From the NCBI RefSeq assembly GCF_032191835.1, contig NC_083240.1:3472001-3536000 (forward strand): a stretch of DNA of 64,000 nucleotides. The letters are read 5' to 3'. Under the pieces are notes generated by a model. The model made no database searches. It was not told the DNA's origin and saw only the letters and a list, made by a program, of their open reading frames with translations. Of this stretch, positions 24,793 through 37,217 are shown in pieces. The stretch comes from Heteronotia binoei (lineage: Eukaryota). The position numbers were made by a program, and so were the translations under genes. The stretch's first letter is position 1, and the number at the start of each line of letters is the position of its first letter.

Positions 24793-25251
24793 AACAGGGC
24801 TGTTGTGAGGATAAGACAGTCTAGAATCTTAGACCAACAGGGTTTTGGGGGTACAAGCATTTGAGAGTCAAAGCGCCCTTTGCCATGGCTTTGTCTCTTG
24901 AAAGTGCACACAAAGGGAATCTTGTTAGTCCTGAAGGTTCTACCGGACTCCTCTCTGCCTCTTCTACTTCAGACAGCCACCTTCTTCATGGAGAATCTTG
25001 TCAGCCATTCTGAGCTCTTTCAAGCTATCTGGTGCCTTTTTATTCCGCCCTTCCTCCATGAGCCACCAAGGGAGCTTCTGGACAGAGGGGCGATTAGAAT
25101 CCGACTCTGAGAGCCTAGTCTGGCATCTTACAACTGTACCACGCTGGCCCCTTCGGAGGGGGAGGTGAACATGTGTGTGAAAGAGACTGTGTCATATTTT
25201 ATATATCCTGGCTTCTCTTGTGGCTTTAGCAAGTTGCTTTCAGATTATAAC

Positions 25252-25420
25252 NNNNNNNNNNNNNNNNNNNNNNNNNNNNNNNNNNNNNNNNNNNNNNNNN
25301 NNNNNNNNNNNNNNNNNNNNNNNNNNNNNNNNNNNNNNNNNNNNNNNNNNNNNNNNNNNNNNNNNNNNNNNNNNNNNNNNNNNNNNNNNNNNNNNNNNNN
25401 NNNNNNNNNNNNNNNNNNNN
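25252..25420. other. Assembly gap (169 N)
   Basis: Run of N. Confidence 0.99.
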
Positions 25421-27496
25421 GAGTATCACATAACCCCCTGCTTTGTAATTTTGCAGAGCGACAACAGAGCAGAGCAAAGCTGTTCCGTCTGGCGCGCCAT
25501 CAAGAATATTTCTGCCAGCCCAAGAAACCAGTGGGAGGGGGCAGCTTCCTGCTCCCCATCCGTTGCCATGCCTGTGTAGGGGAGAGCTCCCTCTGTCTCT
25601 CCCTCTCTCTCCCATGGCCTGCCCTCTGAGAAATCTGGCTGCCTTTGCCCTGGGAGTTCACAGGCCTGGTATTGTGGCCGTGGACAAGTCGACGTGCACG
25701 TGTCAGAGGTGGCCGGCGATGCAGCTGAGCTCCCTGTGCCAAGGAGGCCGGTCAATAGGAGCCCGGCAGGGGGGCACAGATGATGTATGGGGCTCTCGGA
25801 AGCGCATGGCACAGGCCAAGATGCCCATGCCAGCAGCCGTCCGGTGGGCAAGCGGGAAGGTGGCATTGTGCTGGCACAGGAGGTTTCTCTACCCTGCTGG
25901 GCTAGTCTCCATCTGCTTTCCTGAATCCCAGAGGCCAACGGTTGCTCTAGGGAGAGGCATGCATGCTCAGGCAGGTCTCTGTGGCCAGAAAGGAGGCCTC
26001 CTTCCAGAGACACCCCCTCCCACAGTCAGGAGAGATGCCCCCCCTCCACCTTGCAGCTAGCAAACACCCCCTCAGGGGTCCCTCAAAGCTTCCCTTCTCC
26101 AGAAGATATTTTCTCCTACTGCTTCCTGGGCATTCACCAGAATTGTAAAGCCAGTTTTTAAAATTGGAGGCTGACCTGGTTTTGGTGCCAGCTTTTTAGA
26201 CAAGGAGCCCACCCCAAATTCCCAGGCCCCATTCTTTCCAGCGTGCCCCTTCCCCTTTCAACCTGCCCCTCATTCATCAGTGCGTTGCAAGAGAGGACAG
26301 CGCCAGGCGCACGGCTGGGGGCATTCCTGGTTTTGTCCCCGTCTGGCTCTTCTGCAAGCGCCATTGAACGGGTACGGAGAAGCCACGCAGCGAGGGGCGT
26401 AGGCCCTGACGGGAGGCCAGGCTTTCAGCAGCGCTGAGCCCCAGCACTTGTTTAAATACCGTTGCTCGCCTGAAACAGAAAGAGTGGCAACAAAGAGGCG
26501 CCGGGCCCAAACATCCTTTCTTTGGGCCTGGGACAAATTTGCCACACAGGCCTTTTCGCATTTGCAAAGGAGAGAAAATGTCTTTTTTAAATTTATGGGA
26601 TGCTGTCAATAGGCCACAGCAGGAAACTGGGCCAGAAGCGGAGTTTCTCCCCACCCCACCCTGGACCCAGTAAAAGTGTCACCATTTCCATCCTCTCCCA
26701 TGTTTCGGCCCTGAATTTGGGGCCCTGGTGAAGCTCTGGGTTGGGAAATGCCTGGAAATTTGGGGGCTGGAGGGACCTTAGACTTTATCTTTCCTCCAGG
26801 AGAACTGAATTCTGTTGTCTCAAGATCAATCATAATTCCGGGAGATCTCCAGGCCCCACCTGGAGGTTGGCTTCTGATCATTAAGGAAACCTTACATCAA
26901 GGATCTGGTTTTGTGACTGATTTGCTAGCAGCAGTGAAAAACACAACAAAGCAGAAACCTTAAGAGGGGCACACAGAGGCAGTGTGACGCAGTGGTTAGA
27001 GAGCATTAGACTCCTACTGGGGAAACCAATATTTTGGTCCAATATTTTCCTCTTGCTTCCCCCCACCCCCATTCATTTTGGATCATCAAAGTTATCCCTC
27101 GCGGTGCATTATATTTGCTTTTTTACAAAAACCAGCTGGATGAATCAGCGCGCTTTTGGCTGGGGAAAAGGATGCAAACGTGACTGAACTGCAAAGCAAT
27201 TCTCATCCAAATGTGTACAGTGATGAAGGGGAACTCAGAGGGGTGGAGGGGTTTGGACGTGTCAAATAAATCCCCTTTGATGAATTACCAGCGGTTAATA
27301 GTCCATTAGTGAGCTGATGCCCAAATTGATTTCATTCAAAACCTTCCCGTCCATTTTCTCCCAGAGCAAAAGGAGCAGGTGACAGAAAGGCAGGGAGGGT
27401 GTGAAGGGAACTGATCTCCCCACTGGCGTTTCCAGAACACAGAACGTGAGACCCAGAGCTCTGGAGCAGAAAAGGCAGGTGACTTGGACCTTTGCA

Positions 27497-27765
27497 NNNN
27501 NNNNNNNNNNNNNNNNNNNNNNNNNNNNNNNNNNNNNNNNNNNNNNNNNNNNNNNNNNNNNNNNNNNNNNNNNNNNNNNNNNNNNNNNNNNNNNNNNNNN
27601 NNNNNNNNNNNNNNNNNNNNNNNNNNNNNNNNNNNNNNNNNNNNNNNNNNNNNNNNNNNNNNNNNNNNNNNNNNNNNNNNNNNNNNNNNNNNNNNNNNNN
27701 NNNNNNNNNNNNNNNNNNNNNNNNNNNNNNNNNNNNNNNNNNNNNNNNNNNNNNNNNNNNNNNNN
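27497..27765. other. Assembly gap (269 N)
   Basis: Run of N. Confidence 0.99.
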
Positions 27766-28547
27766 CACTCACTAAATCTGGGATTGCCAGCCAATGTTCC
27801 CTCTAAGCTGCAGAGTCCTGTGAGCAAAAATTTTATTTTGTGAGCTCCTGGCATGAAAGTTGTGAGCTCCTGCATACATTATTGTGCTCTGGGGTCATCC
27901 TCCCTGAGCTAAGTCAAAAATGTGTGAGCTGGAGGCTAAAAATCTCACGCTAACTCAGCTTAGAGGGAACACAGTTAATGCCAACAGATCTGGAGATAAG
28001 TGTCTTGTCCCTTTCAATAGAGGCTGAACGTGTGTAAATTGGGCAGCTGAAACTTTTCATGGTGTGTGGAGGTAAGCACCATCACCTGATAAGTAACATC
28101 CCATTGAGCCTTTCTTAAAGAGATTGGACCTGTCTTTCTCCAGGAAACTGGCAATCCTAACGAGATCTATTATTTTATTACCAGAACTCTGAATTCTGCA
28201 GTGATAAGAAAAAGAGCGCCATTTCTCCAGTCTGCCCCCTCCCCTCAGAGGGTTAAAAATAAGTCTTATAATGGGAACATGGCTTGCCCCCTCTCCCCCC
28301 GTCTCTTTCTTTCAAATATTAGGGGTACATTCACATGACACTAAATAATGCATTTTGCATCTGAATTTTTGCTATTCTTACACAGTAAAAAAACAGCTGA
28401 AAAACGCATTCTTTAGTGTTGTGTGAATACACCCTCAGTGTCTGGGGCATCAGTCGCTGAATTGAGACCTTGTCTGCAGATTACTGGGTAATGTACAAAG
28501 CAGATCAATTTTGTTCTGATTAAACTTGCAGTGACTCTGGGTGCAAA

Positions 28548-28842
28548 GGAAAGGTCCCCTGTGCAAGCACCAGTCATGTCTGACTCTGGGGTGACATTGC
28601 TTTCACAACGTTTTCACGGCAGACTTTTTACGGGGTGGTTTGCCATGGCCTTCCCCAGTCATCTACGCTTTCCCCCCAGCAAGCTGGGGACTCATTTGAC
28701 TGACCTTGGAAGGATGGAAGGCTGAGTCAACCTCAAGCCGGCTACCTGAAAACCCAGTTTCCGCCAGGGATCGAACTCAGGTCGTGAGCAGAGCTTAGGA
28801 CTGCAGTACTGCAGCTTTAACACTCTGTGCCACGGGGCTCCT
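28548..28842 (-). mobile_element. Full-length Sauria SINE
   Basis: 10-bp TSD tgggtgcaaa at 28538-28547 and 28843-28852. Confidence 0.88.
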
Positions 28843-30904
28843 TGGGTGCAAAACAGATTAGTAAAAGTGCAAACTGGTCTTTACCCGGAACAAACTAGCC
28901 TTCAGTTGTCCCTCCTGCACTCAAATACCAGCAGTCACCACTTGAGGTTACAGGCAGGCAAAGATTCCCAACAAAATTCCTTGTAGTGAAACCCCTGCAG
29001 TTGACTGTACCACATTCTAAAATGTGAAATGGGCTTTTGAGTCAATAATACGGAAAGCTCACAACCAGGGCTTTGCAGGAGCTCATTTGCATATTAGGCC
29101 ACACCCCCTGATGTAGCCAATCCTCCTGGAGCTTCCAGTAGGCCCTGTACAAAGAGCCCTGTAAACTCTTGGAGGATTGGCTACATCAGGGGTGTGTGGC
29201 CTAATATGCAAAAAAATTCCGGCTACCAAAAAAGCCCTGCTCACAAGCAACAGCTGGAAAAGATAATCCAGTCACTGAAGAACCTTGGTCTGCAGGAAAA
29301 GTATAAGATTTGACTCCTGTAGCACCAAAGAGGCCAGTAGATTTTCAGTATCAGCTTTTGAGAGTTGAAGTTTTCTTTGTCCTGAAAGTTTATATCCCTA
29401 AAAATCTGTAAAACAGATGCTACTAGGCTCCAGTCTAGCTTTAAAAGCCATCTCACACAGGCTACTATGGCCCAATTGTTTGAATCCTTGTGGAAAAGGA
29501 TGAAGAGACTTTTATCCATCATCCTTTTCCAAGCTTGAGTGGACCAGGGATTATTTGCGCCCAGCTCCTGTTGCCAGAGAGAGCCATTTGGACACGGTTG
29601 GCCCTTGCTCAAGTCTGGGGAAGGGAGTGGCTCTCCTGACCTCATCCCTCAGACCCAAGAGCCTGTGGGCTTTCAGTTTTGCAAAAATAAGCGACATCAG
29701 GGGTCATTTTGTAGAAAAACAGGTGGTGGAGCTCATCCAGGGATTGTTATGCAGCTGCACATACTATTCAACGGACAAGGAGGTGGAACTCTCAGAAGGA
29801 GGAGGAGGAACTCTCTGAAAGGTTCAGGAGCTGTGCTCCTGTGAGCTCCCACTGAATCTGAGGCCTGAGCGACATCAACTGGAAGAGATGGAGGGAGACA
29901 AAGAAGAACAGGAGGTCAGAACTAGGAAACTTAAGAGGTACAAATGGAAACCCCTTCAGTATGGGCTCTGTGAAGCAGTCCAAGACCCAAGAGGTCTGGA
30001 AAAATTGAAGGTTTTCTCCCTATACCACACAAAGGTCTCCTGATGAACAAGTGAAGCTGCCCAATACTGAACCAGACCACGGGTTTGTTACAGTCAGTCT
30101 TGCCTACACAGACTGGCAGCAGCTCTCCAAGGTCTTAGGCAAAGGGCTTTGCCACCACCTGAACATCACCACATCCTTGAACGAAAGATGCCAGGGACTG
30201 AACCCGGGACCCCCAGCATCCCCAAGCTCTGCCACTGAGGCCCAGCTGCTCCTCTCCAGTGAAGAGAAATGGTTCTAGGCCTGGCCTGGACAGACTGCTG
30301 CTGAACCTCTGTCTGATGGATTGTGGGAGACCCCAGCACTCACTGGGGGGTGGGGGAGACGCTTGCCCAGAACGCTGCCCTTGGTGGGCACAACCACGTC
30401 CAGCTAGAGATGCATCCCAGGGCCCTCGGACACAGTTTGGTAAGGCTGCCATTCTAGCCACAGGCAGTTTTTTGGTTTTTTGTAGAATAAGCTCAGTAAG
30501 AATTCAGTGGCCTATTAGGCCACTATGGTGATGTCACCATAGTGCTGCACAGGATTTTGGTGGTAGAAAAAGCCCAGCAGGGACTCTTTTGCATATTAGG
30601 CCACATCCCATATTAGGCCACACCCCAAGCCAGCCGGAACTGCGTTCCTGCTAAAAAAACCCAAAACCAAAACCCTGCCTGTAACAGCCTGGGAACACCT
30701 CTCCGGCTTGTTGTGCCTTTTATTTTAAATTGCATCTGTGCATGATTTTAATTCATCCCCCGATGCAAGCAATCTGGGCTTGTATTGCGAAACAGATTCC
30801 TCTCAGTGGGGAACTGAAGTTAAACATTTGGCCTTTCAAGGCTGCCTTCAGCCCAGCCCTGCTGGAGCAGAACTGGTTTTATTTCTCAGTTTGAAATTCA
30901 GACC

Positions 30905-31372
30905 CATGAAGCTGCTTCATACTGATTCAGATCACTGGATTATCAAGGTAAATCTTGTCCAGCGGCTCTCCAAGGTCTCAAGTTGAGGTCTTTCCTTCCA
31001 GCTGCTGCCTGGCATTTTTAACTGGAGATGCCGGGGATCGAACCGGGGACCTTCTGCATGCCAAGCAGATGCTCAGCCACTGAGCTATAGCCCCACTTCA
31101 TGGCTCTCCAGGGTCTCAGGCTGAGGTCTTTCCCATCACCTCCTGCCTGGTCCTTTTTAACTGGAGATGCTGGGGATTGAACCTGGGACCTTCTGCATGC
31201 CAAGCAGATGCTCAGCCACTCAGCTATAGCCCCACTTCATGGTTCTCCGGGGTGTCAGGCTGAGGTCTTTCCCATCACCTCCTGCCTGGTCCTTTTTAAC
31301 TGGAGATGCTGGGGACTGAACCGGGGACCTTCTGCATGCCAAGCAGATGCTCTGCCACTGAGCCACGACCCC
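30905..31372 (-). repeat. tRNA-Ala SINE with three tandem ~139-bp 5' units
   Basis: Units start at 30964, 31102 and 31241 and are joined by ccccacttcat. Confidence 0.8.
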
Positions 31373-32399
31373 TCCTGAGGCAAAACTCTCCAGGAATAAC
31401 TGGAAAGTGATCCCTGCATCTTAACTTTTGAAACATTGCTGTGCTTTGTAAGGAGAAAATGAGGGAATGGGGTGTGGGTGCGAGTGTGAGCCCTCCCCAA
31501 ACAGTCCAGGTTCACAGAAAATATCAACGGTGAAACAAACCCACAAAAAAAGAGGAATTGCATAAAAATCCTAAGTATTCTTCTGCAGGCCTAATTCTTA
31601 TTTTGACAGTTTTAAACGTTGGGGGGAGAGGGATGAGCGGCGGGTTCCTTTGCAAGGTTCCTTCGGCAGCCCCTTTTCCTCCACCCCTGCCCCCCCCCCC
31701 AGAAGCTGGTCGAGCAGCAGAGCTGGATTACAAAGAAGCAATAAAATTGCTGATCCAACTGTCTCAGACGGAGAGGAGGGGCTTTTTCTTGCCAAGAAGG
31801 CAAGACAGAACAAGGCAGTCTTGGAGCCTCAGGTCACAAGGAAGCGAGCCCAGGTAGACGGTGCCCAGGGAGGGGCCAGGAGAGGAGTCTCTGGCCCGCC
31901 CGCCCCAGCTGACCTAGAATCATCCTGACCCCCTCCACTTGGCAACCTTTCAACCCCCCCCCCCCCCAATCCTCCCAATGGAGCCATCTCTAACTGAGGA
32001 GCCTCTCGGAATAATTCAGGACATCACCAAATTCCTCTTCGGAAGGCACTTGGGGATTTTGGAAGGGCGAGAGCAACCCCCCCAACCCCCCACCGCCGTC
32101 ACGAAGCTCTCTTATGTGCCTTTGTCTCCTTTTGCCAATGGGGGGGGGGGGTTAGGGCAACTGCTAGAGAGGGGTGGGGCAACCGGTCCTCAACATGAAA
32201 GAGAACTTCAAGGAGACAGACTTCAAACTGATATCATTGCATTTTTTCTTTCTCTCCCCACCCCCCCTTTCCCATTCTGTATATGCCCTGCCCCTCTCCC
32301 CTCTTGTTTCGCTTTCGTGTATCTGTGCTTTTTCTTTTTCTTTTGTTCTTAAAACGAAGCACAACGATAGAAAGGGAACAGGACCGGTGCTCTTTTTGT

Positions 32400-34400
32400 T
32401 CTCCGGTGGTTTGGATCCCTCTTGGGAGTGGGAACTTCTCCTGCAGCGGCCCCGGGTCGGAGAACTGCCAGGTTGCGACTCCTCGGGGGGCATTCACACG
32501 ACCCCACATCCTGCTTCTCGCCGCTGGGTTGTTGCATCCAGTTGCAAAATGCCTTCTGGAGTGTCGTGTGAATGCACCCGTCCCGGGCCCCGCGCAGCAG
32601 CTGCGGTTGCGCTTGCCTTGGAGAGCGCTCGCTGCCTTCGCTTCTCGGAAGGGGAGCGGCACAGGCCGTTTACGCGCTGGGAGCCGGGCTCTGGGGCGCC
32701 CCGGGGGAACTCCTCGACTGGCCCTTCGGGAGAACGGAGCCCGGCCTCACCTGGGCCAGGGGCCCCCCCTCTCCCGCCCGCTCCCCCTATGCCCAGGCGG
32801 GGGTCTTCTAGACTCCTCCGGTCTTTGGACGGCGCGAAGCTGCCTTTTTGCGCGCTGGCCCCGATCCCCTTGAGGGCTGCATCCAGGTCGGTCTTGCCTA
32901 CTCGGGCTGGCAGCGGCTCTGCGGGGTCCCAGCCAGGCCGGGCGGGGAGTTCTTTCCCAGCAGCTTCTCGCTGCAGAGACCGGCGGGGACCTCCTGCTCG
33001 CCAAGCAAAGGCTCAGCTGCTGCGCCCGATCCTCTGGGTGGGCGACTCCGACCGGCAGCGGCGCTCCAGGGTCTCAGGCGGGTCTTTCCCCCCTCCCCCT
33101 CCTGCCTGCTCCTTTCGACTGGAGATGCCGCCGGGAAATCGAACCCGGGACCTTCTGTGCCGAGCCCGGGCTCCGGCACTGACCGCCCCCTCCTCCCCAG
33201 CTCTGGTCCCAACCTCACGCCGCAAGCCGGACCGAGACCCCCACGCATTGCAAGCACCACTTCGGGCTTTTTTTGGGGGGGGGCGATTCTCCCTCTCCGC
33301 TTCCCCAAGCAACTTCTGGGCAGGCTCTTTTGCGCCCTCTTTGGCGTCTCTTCCCCGGTCTTTGGCACAGCTGGGGGTCGCCCCCCCGCCCCCCCCCCCC
33401 TTAAAAGCTCAGCGGTGGGGAGAAGGGAGTTTCCCCCCGTCCGGTCCCCTCCCCCCCCCGGCTCCCCCCGAAGGCGGCCGCCCCCCGCAAGGCCCTGCCA
33501 GCCGGGAGGCGCCCAGAAGCCACGGGCGAGGGGCGCGGGAGGCTCACCTGCCAGAGGGAAGCGACGCCGCGGAGCTCCGGCCGGCCGAGCGCGGTGGCGA
33601 AGGAGGCAGCACTGAGGCCCCCCCGCCCAGCCGGAGAAGCCGGGGGGGATCCCGGGGGTGGGGAGGAGGGGGCGTGGTTTGCAAGGGAGGGGGAGGGGGG
33701 GTTGAGGAGTGACAAGGCGGGGAGGCGCGTGCACGCCGCCGGGCGCGCCCCCGAGGGAGCGGGCGCTCGCTGGAGAGACAAAGGGGACAAAGGACGGTTG
33801 GTGCCCGCCGCCCCCCCACCCCCGGCCCTCCCCGGCTGCAGATGGAAGAGAGGGGCCGGCATCTCGCGCTGCCGGGGGGAGACCAGTTGTGGGGTCGGGT
33901 CGGGGCTGGCCGGGGGGTCTCGCCTGCCAGGGGCTGCCGGCTCCCCCCCCCTCTGGCTCTGCGGGGGGGGGCAGGTGGGTCTCTTCCTCACCTCTCCCGC
34001 CTGGTGCATTGTGGGAATATCCCAAAGGTAAGGATGCTTTCGACGAGGCGCGGGAACTGGCAGCGACCAGCTGGTGGGGGAACCTGCGGAGCTGGTCAAA
34101 GCGGCCCCGTCTCCCAGACTCAGCCCACCTGGGGGCAGGGGAGGGGGGGAGGGAGGGAGGGAAGGAGCCCCCCCCACGCACACCTGGGTCCCTGCTTAGG
34201 CTCCCTTCGCCTCAAACGGGGTGGAACAAGCCGGTGGGCGGGGTGGGTGGGTGTGTGGAGGCTAGCGGGCTGGCTGCAGCAGGGAGACACCCCCCCGACC
34301 TTGTGGGGACGAGGTCGGAGGAGGCTGGAGGGTTTGGCTTGGGGGGCGGGGCGGGGCGGGGCTTGATGGGTTGAAAGGCGGAGAAGAGATGGGGAGGCTG
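32400..34400. promoter_or_regulatory. Large CpG island, probable DRAXIN promoter with non-coding exon 1; possibly bidirectional
   Basis: Very GC/CpG-rich. Minus-strand donor CAG|gtgagc at 33548/33547 and a second, CAG|gtgagg, near 32750. Plus-strand donor AAG|gtaagg at 34027/34028. Confidence 0.7.
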
Positions 34401-35159
34401 CCTCTGTGGCCGGTGAAAACCCTTCTTCGGGAAGGCTGCCAACTTTTCAAAGCAGTTCTGCTCTTCTCCCTTGGAGGGCAGCCGCAGGGGGCCGAGAGGA
34501 AGCCTCTGGCTCCAATGATCACGGGAGCCCTGTTCACAAGTGACGGCAAAGGCGTGTACAATCCAGCATCTCCTCAGGGGGTTTGCTGAATACCTGCCTG
34601 GTGGGATGCTTTCTCATGTGACATTCGAGCGTGGTGCAACCCCCCCCCCCCACATATATCCTGGATAATCCAGGAAGAACACACCTTGCTTGTTCTTACC
34701 AAAAAGACCTACAAAGAGGATGTACGTGGGTAAATTGCAACACGTGAACGGGGCTAATCTCTCTGCGACTGCTAAAAGCAGGGTCGGGAGGGGGCAGTTG
34801 GCAACCCGACGCTTCCAGTCCATTAATTCAAAGCCAAGGGTTTGTCGTCTGGAGATCGGCTGTGATTTTACATCTCCAGGTTCCACCTGGGGGCTGGCAA
34901 CCATTTGACGCAGCCTACTATGGCTTGGTCATAGGGTTGCCAGCTTCCAGGTGGGGCCTGGAGACCCCCTAGAATTACAGCTGATCGCCAGCGATCAATT
35001 CGCCTGGAGACAAATGGCAGCTTTGGAAGATGGGGTTGCCAACTCCAGGCCTGGAAAGACATGAAGATTTGAGGGTGGGGTTAGGGAAGGGGAGGGGCCT
35101 CAGTAGGGTACAAGGCCCTACAGTCTGCCTTCCAAAGCAGCCATTTTCTCCAGGAGAAA

Positions 35160-36095
35160 TCACAGAATCATAGGGTCATAGAGTTGGAAGGGACCTCCAG
35201 GGTCATCTAGTCCAACCCCTTGCACAAGGCGGGAAACTCACAAATTGTTGTTGTTGTTCAGTCGCACAGTCGAGTCCGACTCTTTGCGACCCCCTGGACA
35301 AAGTCACGCCAGGCCCTCCTGTCTTCCACCATCCTCTGAAGTCTGATCAAATGCGTGTTTGTTACATCAGTAACGCTGTCCAGCCATCTCCTCTTTTGCC
35401 GTCCCCTTCTTCTTTTGCCTTCTCTCTTTCCCAGCATCAGGGTCTTCTCCAGGGAGTGCTCCCTTCTCATTTGGTGGCCAAAGTCTTTGAGCTTCAGCTT
35501 CAGCATCTGACCTTCCAGGGAACAGTCTGGATTGATTTCCCTTAGGACTGAGTGATTGGATCTCTTTGCAGTCCAAGGGACTCTCAAGAGTCTTCTCCAG
35601 CACCACATCTCAAAAGCATCTACTCTTCTGTGCTCGGCCTTCCTTATAGTCCAGCTCTCACAGCCATACATTCCTACTGGGAATATCATCGCTTTGACTA
35701 TAGAGACTTTTGTTGGCAGGGTGATGTCTCTACTTTTTATTATACTGCCCAAGTTCGCCATAGCTGTCCTTCCAAGGAGCAAACGTCTTTTAATTTCATG
35801 GCTACAGTCACCATCCGCAGTGATCTTGGATCCCAGAAATGTGAAGTCTGTCATTACTTCCATTCACAGAATTTTTATTGCTGTCAGATGGCCATCCAGC
35901 CTCTGTTTAAAAACCTCCAAGGAAGGAGAGCCCACTACCTCCCAAGGAAGCCTGTTCCACTGAGGAACCGCTCTAAACTCACAAATACCTCCACCTAAAT
36001 TCATAGGATCCTCACTGCTGTCAGATGTCCATCCAGCCTCTGTTTAAAAACCTCCAAGGAAGGAGAGCCCATCACCTCCCAAGGAAGCCTGTTTT
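35160..36095 (-). mobile_element. CR1 3' end interrupted by the BovB insertion
   Basis: gaatcatagggtcatagagttggaagggacc...aaactcacaaat, resuming at about 35975. Confidence 0.8.
35246..35865 (-). mobile_element. RTE-BovB LINE 3' fragment with an uninterrupted 201-codon ORF
   Basis: ...DFTFLGSKITADGDCSHEIKRRLLLGR...TKVSIVKAMIFPVGMYGCESWTIRKAE...VAKSRTRLCD*, with a (CAA)n tail. Recognisable BovB ORF C-terminus. Confidence 0.93.
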
Positions 36096-36114
36096 AAATT
36101 AACAAATGTTTCAA

Positions 36115-36628
36115 ATTAAAGATATATTTAGCCCAGAGAGGCAGCGGCTGAGAGATGATATGATCACCATCTTCAAGTACTTGAAGGGCTGTCCTATAGA
36201 GGATGGTACAGAATTGTTTTCTGTGGCCCTGGAAGGTAGGGCCAGAACCAGTGGGTTGAAATTAAATCAAAAGAGTTTCTGGCTCAACATTAGGAAGAAC
36301 TTCCTGACCGCTAGAGCGATTCCTTGGGGTTTTTTAAACAGAGGCTAGATGGCCACCTGACAGCAATGAAGATCCTGTGAATTTAGGTAGGTGATGAGAA
36401 GGAGGGCAGGAAGGGCTGCATCAGTGCTTAGTTCTCGTGGCCCCCTCGTACACGCCCAAGAAAATGCTACTCACCACTTTGGGGTCAGGTAGCAATTTTT
36501 CTCCAGATGCTGGAGGGTGAGTCTGGTTCTCTCTGGAAGGAGGCATTTGTGAATTCTCTGCATTGTGCAGGGGGTTGGACTAGATGACCCTGGAGGTCCC
36601 TTCCCACTCTTACGATGCTATGATTCTA
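36115..36628 (+). mobile_element. CR1 3' fragment, opposite orientation
   Basis: ORF2 relic FSPERQRLRDDMITIFKYLKG...RTSGLKL...RKNFLT; tail ggaggtcccttcccactcttacgatgctatgattcta. Confidence 0.88.
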
Positions 36629-36799
36629 ATACATAAGTCATGCAGCCTGGGGATCAGTTGTCATTCCGGAAGACCTCCAGCCCCCACCGGGAGGTTGGCA
36701 ACTCCAGGCCGACTCCGATGCTATGCTACTCTGCCGAAGCCCCTCCGCAGGCTCCACCCCCGGAAGCTTCAGGAATTCCCCAAACCAAGGTTGGCAACC

Positions 36800-37217
36800 C
36801 AACCGAGTGGCGGCTCCAGGAGGCGCAGCGCGGCGAGGATGGGCCAGGGCGCCCCAGGCGGGCACTAGGACCCGGCGGAGGGAGAGGCGGGCCGGTGGGG
36901 CGGCCCCGCTCCTCCTCCTCCTCCTCCGCCTCCGCCGGCGCCATGATCAGCGCTGCAGGAGCGGCTGCGGTTGCTCTGACCCACCGCCGGGAGCTGGAGC
37001 CGGGCCAGGGCCAGCGGGCGCCCCGGAGAGCAGCTAGGCCGATGCAAGACGTGCTTGCTCGCAAGGAAGCCCCACTGCAGCGGCCGGGGCTTACTCCCAA
37101 GTCAAGGGGCTGCAAGACGCCCTAAGAGCCCGGCCCGAGGGCGGTTGTTGCATCAGCTCGGGAGGCACCGACCGAGCAAGCCCTCGCGCCCGCCCTGCAA
37201 AAGATTGCAGACCAAGG
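36800..37217 (+). promoter_or_regulatory. MAD2L2: CpG island with probable non-coding first exon of MAD2L2
   Basis: CpG-rich block about 1 kb upstream of the first coding exon. Donor AGG|gtaggt at 37217/37218. Confidence 0.6.

Noticed and set aside
25165-27875. ORFs containing X runs
   Set aside because: Artefacts of translating through the N gaps.
32174-34374. Long ORFs of 512, 427, 260 and 255 aa over the CpG island
   Set aside because: Overlapping ORFs occur in most frames on both strands and are Pro/Gly/Arg/Ala-rich with no recognisable domain. This is expected from stop-codon scarcity in GC-rich DNA, and one frame runs through SINE relics.
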